From Candidatus Omnitrophota bacterium (GTDB lineage Bacteria > Omnitrophota > Gorgyraeia > Zapsychrales > JANLHA01): a stretch of 32,000 bases of DNA. The stretch is from positions 3,328,634-3,360,633 of the forward strand of contig OY759724.1 in assembly GCA_963662715.1 (NCBI GenBank), read 5' to 3'. The notes below the pieces were generated by a model. The model searched no databases and had not been told where the DNA came from. It worked only from the letters and a program-made list of their open reading frames with translations. The position numbers and the translations under genes are program-made. Of this stretch, positions 31,701 to 32,000 are shown piece by piece (the stretch's first letter is position 1; each line of letters starts with the position of its first letter).

Positions 31701-32000
31701 ATCCAGCCAGTTGATCCCTGCTTCACTCAATACTTCTACGTCCAGCCAGTTGATCCCCGCATTCGTCATATCACTCATACTCACCCAGTTCATCCCCGCA
31801 TCACTCATCACATCGATGTCCTGCCAATTAACCCCCGTATCACTTAACACATCGATATCCGTCCAGTTAATTCCTGCTTCACTCAATGCATTAATATCCG
31901 TCCAGTTGATCCCCGTATCACTTAACACATCCAGGTCCACCCAGTTAATTCCTGCATCACTCAGTATATCTACGTCTAGCCAGTTGATCCCCGCATTCGT
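10722..32000 (-). CDS. Giant acidic 13-residue-repeat protein (3' portion; the gene continues beyond the window's high-coordinate edge)
   Basis: A single open frame covers 7,092 codons plus a stop at 10722-10724. The frame stays open to position 32000, and the sequence there is still in register with the repeat. The track's 'M' at 31940 is therefore an internal GTG (Val), not the start. Repeat units differ mostly at synonymous positions, which supports real coding. No recognisable Pfam-type domain from memory. Confidence 0.9.
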   Translation of the reverse strand, partial: TNAGINWLDVDILSDAGINWVDLDVLSDTGINWTDINALSEAGINWTDIDVLSDTGVNWQDIDVMSDAGMNWVSMSDMTNAGINWLDVEVLSEAGINWLDVGVLSDTGINWDDIDVLSDAGINWVSVNDMSDAGINWQDIDVMSDAGMNWVSMSDMTNAGINWLDVEVLSEAGINWQDIDVISDTGINWVDLDVLSDAGINWVSVNDLSDAGINWTDIDVMSDAGMNWVSMSDMTNVGINWLDVDVLSNAGINWLDIDVLSDTGINWVDLDVLSDAGINWVSVNDLSDAGINWANIGEMSSNGINWINISEMSTTGINWESIGELSDAGINWADIDVLSDTGINWEDINVLSDAGINWVSVNDMSDAGINWQDVDVLSDAGINWTNVSEMSTTGVNWLNIGELSTSGVNWANISEMSDTGINWLNIGEMSSSGVNWANVSEMSTTGVNWLNIGEMSSSGVNWANISEMSTEGINWANIGELSDAGINWADIDVLSDTGINWEDINVLSEAGINWVSVNDMSDAGINWADIDVLSDAGINWQDVDALSDAGVNWLDLDVLSDAGINWVDLDVLSDTGINWQDINVMSDMGINWVSVNDMSDAGINWLDVDVMSDAGMNWVNMSDMTNAGINWQDVDVLSDAGVNWLDLDVLSEAGINWQDVDVFSDAGINWVSVNDLSDAGINWLDVDVMSEAGINWADIDVLSDAGVNWLDLDVLSEAGINWTDIDVLSDTGINWQDINVMSDMGINWVSVNDMSEAGINWADIDVLSDAGINWSGIDELSRAGVNWVDLGELTTAGINWEDIDVLSDAGINWEDIDVMSDAGMNWVSMSDMTNAGINWLDIDVLSDRGINWLNIGEMSSTGINWLNIGEMSSSGVNWENISEMSSTGINWANIGEMSSSGVNWENISEMSDTGINWENISEMSDTGINWENISELSRSGINWENIGEMTTAGINWESIGELSDAGINWQDIDVMSEAGINWADIDVLSDAGINWLDVDVMSDAGVNWLDLDVLSDTGINWLDLDVLSDAGINWADIDVLSDTGINWQDIDVMSDAGMNWVSMGDMTNAGINWLDVEVLSDAGINWADIDVLSDTGINWQDIDVLSDAGINWVSVNDLSDAGINWTDIDVMSDAGMNWVSMSDMTNAGINWLDVDILSDAGINWVDLDVLSDTGINWTDINALSEAGINWTDIDVLSDTGVNWQDIDVMSDAGMNWVSMSDMTNAGINWLDVEVLSEAGINWLDIDVLSDTGINWDDIDVLSDAGINWVSVNDLSDAGINWADIDVMSDAGMNWVSMSDMTNAGINWLDVDVLSDAGINWVDLDVLSDTGINWLDVDVLSDAGINWVSVNDLSEAGINWQDIDVMSDVGINWTNVSEMSTTGVNWLNIGELSTSGVNWENISEMSTTGVNWLNIGELSTSGVNWENISEMSDTGINWANIGEMSSNGINWINISEMSTTGINWESIGELSDAGINWADIDVLSDTGINWEDINVLSDAGINWVSVNDMSDAGINWQDVDVLSDAGINWTNVSEMSTTGVNWLNIGELSTSGVNWANISEMSDTGINWLNIGEMSSSGVNWANVSEMSTTGVNWLNIGEMSSSGVNWANISEMSTEGINWANIGELSDAGINWADIDVLSDTGINWEDINVLSEAGINWVSVNDMSDAGINWADIDVLSDAGINWQDVDALSDAGVNWLDLDVLSDAGINWVDLDVLSDTGINWQDINVMSDMGINWVSVNDMSDAGINWLDVDVMSDAGMNWVNMSDMTNAGINWQDVDVLSDAGVNWLDLDVLSEAGINWQDVDVLSDAGINWVSVNDLSDAGINWLDVDVMSEAGINWADIDVLSDAGVNWLDLDVLSEAGINWTDIDVLSDTGINWQDINVMSDMGINWVSVNDMSEAGINWADIDVLSDAGINWSGIDELSRAGVNWVDLGELTTAGINWEDIDVLSDAGINWEDIDVMSDAGMNWVSMSDMTNAGINWLDIDVLSDRGINWLNIGEMSSTGINWLNIGEMSSSGVNWENISEMSSTGINWANIGEMSSSGVNWENISEMSDTGINWENISEMSDTGINWENISELSRSGINWENIGEMTTAGINWESIGELSDAGINWQDIDVMSEAGINWADIDVLSDAGINWLDVDVMSDAGVNWLDLDVLSDTGINWLDLDVLSDAGINWADIDVLSDTGINWQDIDVMSDAGMNWVSMGDMTNAGINWLDVEVLSDAGINWADIDVLSDTGINWQDIDVLSDAGINWVSVNDLSDAGINWTDIDVMSDAGMNWVSMSDMTNAGINWLDVDILSDAGINWVDLDVLSDTGINWTDINALSEAGINWTDIDVLSDTGVNWQDIDVMSDAGMNWVSMSDMTNAGINWLDVEVLSEAGINWLDIDVLSDTGINWDDIDVLSDAGINWVSVNDLSDAGINWADIDVMSDAGMNWVSMSDMTNAGINWLDVDVLSDAGINWVDLDVLSDTGINWLDVDVLSDAGINWVSVNDLSEAGINWQDIDVMSDVGINWTNVSEMSTTGVNWLNIGELSTSGVNWENISEMSTTGVNWLNIGELSTSGVNWENISEMSDTGINWANIGEMSSNGINWINISEMSTTGINWESIGELSDAGINWADIDVLSDTGINWEDINVLSDAGINWVSVNDMSDAGINWQDVDVLSDAGINWTNVSEMSTTGVNWLNIGELSTSGVNWANISEMSDTGINWLNIGEMSSSGVNWANVSEMSTTGVNWLNIGEMSSSGVNWANISEMSTEGINWANIGELSDAGINWADIDVLSDTGINWEDINVLSEAGINWVSVNDMSDAGINWADIDVLSDAGINWQDVDALSDAGVNWLDLDVLSDAGINWVDLDVLSDTGINWQDINVMSDMGINWVSVNDMSDAGINWLDVDVMSDAGMNWVNMSDMTNAGINWQDVDVLSDAGVNWLDLDVLSEAGINWQDVDVLSDAGINWVSVNDLSDAGINWLDVDVMSEAGINWADIDVLSDAGVNWLDLDVLSEAGINWTDIDVLSDTGINWQDINVMSDMGINWVSVNDMSEAGINWADIDVLSDAGINWSGIDELSRAGVNWVDLGELTTAGINWEDIDVLSDAGINWEDIDVMSDAGMNWVSMSDMTNAGINWLDIDVLSDRGINWLNIGEMSSTGINWLNIGEMSSSGVNWENISEMSSTGINWANISELSDTGINWENISEMSDTGINWENISEMSDTGINWENISELSRSGINWQNIGQLSEAGINWMDIDVLSDTGINWQDINVMSDMGINWVSVNDMSDAGINWLDIDVMSDTGINWVEMNELTRSGINWSDLGVFTRAGINWTNIGDMSEAGINWNDIDVLSDTGINWVSMNDLSDAGINWLDIDVLSDAGINWLDIDVLSDTGVNWRDLGVLADAGINWVSVNDLSDAGINWDDIDVMSDRGINWTNISEMSTTGINWANVGEMSSRGVNWVNISEMSSTGINWANIGEMSSSGVNWENISELSDTGINWENISEMSTTGVNWANIGEMTTQGINWLNIGEMTEAGVNWTDIDVLSDAGINWLDVDVLSDAGINWADFDILSDAGINWLDVDVLSDTGINWVSVSDMSDAGINWLDIDVMSDAGINWLDVDVLSDTGINWQDLGVLSDAGINWVSVNDLSEAGINWQDIDVMSDRGINWTNISDMSATGINWVNIGEMTSSGVNWSNISELTTTGINWVNIGEMSSSGVNWENISEMSTTGVNWVNIGEMSSSGVNWENISEMSTGGINWLNIGELTETGINWLDIDVMSDAGINWLDIDVMSDAGINWLDIDVLSDTGINWQDINVMSDMGINWVNIGDMSATGINWVNIGEMTSSGVNWSNISELTTTGINWVNIGEMSSSGVNWENISEMSDTGINWENISELSDTGINWENISEMSDTGINWENISELSDTGINWMSIAELSDAGVNWQDINVMSDMGINWVSVNDMSEAGINWLDIDVMSDTGINWIGIDELSSSGVNWVDLGELTTAGINWKDLDVLTDTGINWLDIDVMSDAGINWVSVNDLSDAGINWLDVDVLSDTGINWTNMNDMSAAGINWTNIGELSSSGVNWENISEMSSTGINWENISELSDTGINWENISEMSDTGINWENISELSDTGINWENISEMSDTGINWENISELSDTGINWMSIAELSDAGVNWQDINVMSDMGINWVSVNDMSDAGINWLDIDVMSDTGINWIGIDELSSSGVNWVDLGELTTAGINWKDLDVMTETGINWLDIDVMSDAGINWVSVNDLSDAGINWLDVDVLSDTGINWTNMNDMSVAGINWTNIGELSSSGVNWENISEMSSTGINWENISELSDTGINWENISEMSDTGINWENISEMSDTGINWENISEMSSTGINWENISELSDTGINWMSIAELSEAGINWQDINVMSDMGINWVSVNDMSDAGINWLDIDVMSDTGINWVEMNELTRSGINWSDLGVFTRAGINWTNIGDMSEAGINWNDIDVLSDTGINWVSMNDLSDAGINWLDIDVLSDAGINWLDIDVLSDTGVNWRDLGVLADAGINWVSVNDLSDAGINWDDIDVMSDRGINWTNISEMSTTGINWANVGEMSSRGVNWVNISEMSSTGINWANIGEMSSSGVNWENISELSDTGINWENISEMSTTGVNWANIGEMTTQGINWLNIGEMTEAGVNWTDIDVLSDAGINWLDVDVLSDAGINWADFDILSDAGINWLDVDVLSDTGINWVSVSDMSDAGINWLDIDVMSDAGINWLDVDVLSDTGINWQDLGVLSDAGINWVSVNDLSEAGINWQDIDVMSDRGINWTNISDMSATGINWVNIGEMTSSGVNWSNISELTTTGINWVNIGEMSSSGVNWENISEMSTTGVNWVNIGEMSSSGVNWENISEMSTGGINWLNIGELTETGINWLDIDVMSDAGINWLDIDVMSDAGINWLDIDVLSDTGINWQDINVMSDMGINWVNIGDMSATGINWVNIGEMTSSGVNWSNISELTTTGINWVNIGEMSSSGVNWENISEMSDTGINWENISELSDTGINWENISEMSDTGINWENISELSDTGINWMSIAELSDAGVNWQDINVMSDMGINWVSVNDMSEAGINWLDIDVMSDTGINWIGIDELSSSGVNWVDLGELTTAGINWKDLDVLTDTGINWLDIDVMSDAGINWVSVNDLSDAGINWLDVDVLSDTGINWTNMNDMSAAGINWTNIGELSSSGVNWENISEMSSTGINWENISELSDTGINWENISEMSDTGINWENISELSDTGINWENISEMSDTGINWENISELSDTGINWMSIAELSDAGVNWQDINVMSDMGINWVSVNDMSDAGINWLDIDVMSDTGINWIGIDELSSSGVNWVDLGELTTAGINWKDLDVMTETGINWLDIDVMSDAGINWVSVNDLSDAGINWLDVDVLSDTGINWTNMNDMSVAGINWTNIGELSSSGVNWENISEMSSTGINWENISELSDTGINWENISEMSDTGINWENISEMSDTGINWENISEMSSTGINWENISELSDTGINWMSIAELSEAGINWQDINVMSDMGINWVSVNDMSDAGINWLDIDVMSDTGINWENISEMSSTGINWENISELSDTGINWENISEMSDTGINWENISELSDTGINWENISEMSDTGINWENISELSDTGINWENISEMSTTGINWVNIGELTTAGINWTSIGDMSESGINWSDIDVMSDKGINWTNVYDMSAAGINWVNIGELSSSGVNWENISEMSTTGINWENISELSDTGINWENISEMSDTGINWENISELSDTGINWENISEMSTTGINWANVGEMSSRGVNWVNISEMSSTGINWANIGEMSSSGVNWENISELSDTGINWENISEMSTTGVNWANIGEMTTQGINWLNIGEMTEAGVNWTDIDVLSDAGINWLDVDVLSDAGINWADFDILSDAGINWLDVDVLSDTGINWVSVSDMSDAGINWLDIDVMSDAGINWLDVDVLSDTGINWQDLGVLSDAGINWVSVNDLSEAGINWQDIDVMSDRGINWTNISDMSATGINWVNIGEMTSSGVNWSNISELTTTGINWVNIGEMSSSGVNWENISELSDTGINWQSISELSDTGINWENISEMSDTGINWTSIAELSDAGVNWQDINVMSDAGINWLDIDVLSDAGINWLDIDVLSDTGINWQDINVMSDMGINWVNIGDMSATGINWVNIGEMTSSGVNWSNISELTTTGINWVNIGEMSSSGVNWENISEMSDTGINWENISELSDTGINWENISEMSDTGINWENISELSDTGINWTSIAELSDAGVNWQDINVLSDMGINWVSVNDMSEAGINWQDINVMSDTGINWSHLGLMSTSGINWLDIDVLSDAGINWKDLDVLSEAGINWLDIDVMSSAAVNWYNIEELTSSGINWNDISSMSETGINWLSINEMSDAGINWIDLDVLSSQQINWTNISELSDSGVNWLSIDEMSSSNINWTNISEMSTQGINWSDIGRMSDIGINWNNINELSTTGINWTNIGELANAGINWESINDMSDAGVNWLDIGIMSGFGINWKDIDVLSDAGINWADIDVLSDSGVNWSSINMLSDAGINWLDIEVMSDVGINWQDLEVMTSRGINWTSIDLMSSTGINWDSIDSLSEAGINWDNVNEMSASGINWTNLGVLSSSGINWYDISTLTLAGINWEDMQTLTTSGVNWTSINDLTRAGINWNDMNSLSRAGVNWQDVGVMASAGVNWSSIGVLSGSGVNWLDIDVMSDAGINWQDLAVMSSAAVNWTDMSSMTNVAVNWLDLTEMTGAGVNWVDLGITSTAGINWSDLSAMTSANINWSDIAYLADNAQTLVANVASILTTVTTLNNNIGDPADTAADGTLFGLLNGLDVTALTTAIESLQDLDVTTLNDNITSLTTLIGTATDTSSADTVFGNLQEIIEYVDTLEVLVGIYEDDESSETVFGELSKLEEIKTNVDSAKSSAGAALTEAQSIRDELGAAGQSPDTYNKLKQLESTLTELKTSMTTISEEQVSANNVASQILSTLTNFVNEAAEALGLGDSDMTVEDLTEEEAGEDEKIYSKLDEINAKLNALKEAIETDEVVVKTWFESAE
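13070..15258 (-). repeat. Mosaic partial copy related to family B (segments align to block B at a 3,666-nt = 94-unit offset)
   Basis: 13375=17041, 13801=17467 and 14581=18247 all give a 3,666-nt offset. The alignment breaks near 13550 and 14621, which indicates unit-level deletion or rearrangement. Confidence 0.7.
15259..22244 (-). repeat. Higher-order repeat family B: 3,432-nt blocks, 2.04 copies (15259-18690, 18691-22122, plus 122 nt), each containing nested 702-nt (18-unit) sub-repeats
   Basis: Exact offsets of 3,432 nt: 15259=18691=22123, 16969=20401, 18661=22093. Nested 702-nt offset: 15392=16094=16796 (ccgcaatactcatccag). Confidence 0.9.
22300..32000 (-). repeat. Higher-order repeat family A: 3,432-nt (88-unit, 1,144-aa) blocks, 2.8 copies in-window (about 22300-25741, 25742-29173, 29174-32000+)
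   Basis: Hand alignment gives an exact 3,432-nt offset: 22489=25921=29353, 28309=31741, 22310=25742. The copies are nearly base-identical. Examples of differences: G at 30012 vs C at 26580 and 23148; one swapped unit near 22441-22470; a replaced patch at 31136-~31520. Confidence 0.9.

Larger units (their letters stand above)
11544..32000 (-). repeat. Uninterrupted tandem array of ~524 in-frame 39-nt (13-codon) units, consensus x-[IVL]-x-x-[LM]-[ST]-x-x-G-[IVM]-N-W-x
   Basis: The period is visible directly. The W codon (cca on the + strand) recurs every 39 nt, and no length variation was seen in the translated array. The last unit (ANINW) has its W at 11544-11546. Units become progressively degenerate below ~13000. 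Confidence 0.95.

Noticed and set aside
11544-32000. The regular 39-nt periodicity could be read as a CRISPR array or a non-coding satellite
   Set aside because: There are no unique spacers between repeats. The period is a multiple of 3, and a single frame stays open for 21 kb. Differences between units are enriched at synonymous positions while G-I/V-N-W is preserved. It is therefore a coding tandem repeat.
31938-32000. The ORF-track start codon (M at 31940) as the true start of the giant gene
   Set aside because: That codon is a GTG inside a normal repeat unit (VDLDVLSDTGINW). The frame remains open to position 32000, and the flanking sequence is still in register with block A2 (offset 3,432). 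The gene is 5'-truncated by the window.
13070-32000. The near-identical 3.4-kb blocks as copies of an IS element, transposon or other mobile DNA
   Set aside because: The blocks are directly abutting, in frame and built from the same 13-codon unit as their surroundings. They have no transposase, terminal inverted repeats or target-site duplications.

Overview
The window is almost entirely coding on the minus strand. It holds one co-directional, tightly packed gene array with intergenic gaps of 12-103 nt. I saw no rRNA, tRNA, CRISPR array, transposase or IS element. In transcription order (high to low coordinates) it contains six parts. (1) The 3' 21.3 kb of a giant ORF (10722-32000, 7,092 codons in-window); its 5' end lies beyond the window. 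About 524 uninterrupted 13-aa (39-nt) repeats with an invariant G-[IVM]-N-W core make up most of it. They are organised hierarchically into 702-nt sub-blocks and almost identical 3,432-nt higher-order blocks, and are followed by a ~270-aa non-repeat acidic helical C-terminus. (2) A 460-aa protein with a signal peptide, an internally duplicated module, coiled coils and a C-terminal TM anchor. (3) A seven-gene F-type ATPase module in a non-canonical order (alpha, epsilon, c, c', b/delta fusion, gamma, beta). It has no a-subunit (stator/ion channel) gene, and several subunits have unusual termini. (4) A GspE/PilB-family ATPase with a C-terminal PilZ (c-di-GMP receptor) domain. (5) A GspF/PilC platform protein. 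(6) The first 22 codons of a further ORF. The main hypothesis is that the giant repeat protein, the a-less rotary-ATPase module and the PilZ-tagged GspE/GspF pair form one functional unit. That would be a candidate undescribed export, assembly or appendage machine, not a housekeeping ATP synthase sitting next to unrelated genes. This is inference from gene order only. Giant genes next to T2SS-like genes have been reported in Omnitrophota metagenomes, but I cannot assign taxonomy from this sequence.
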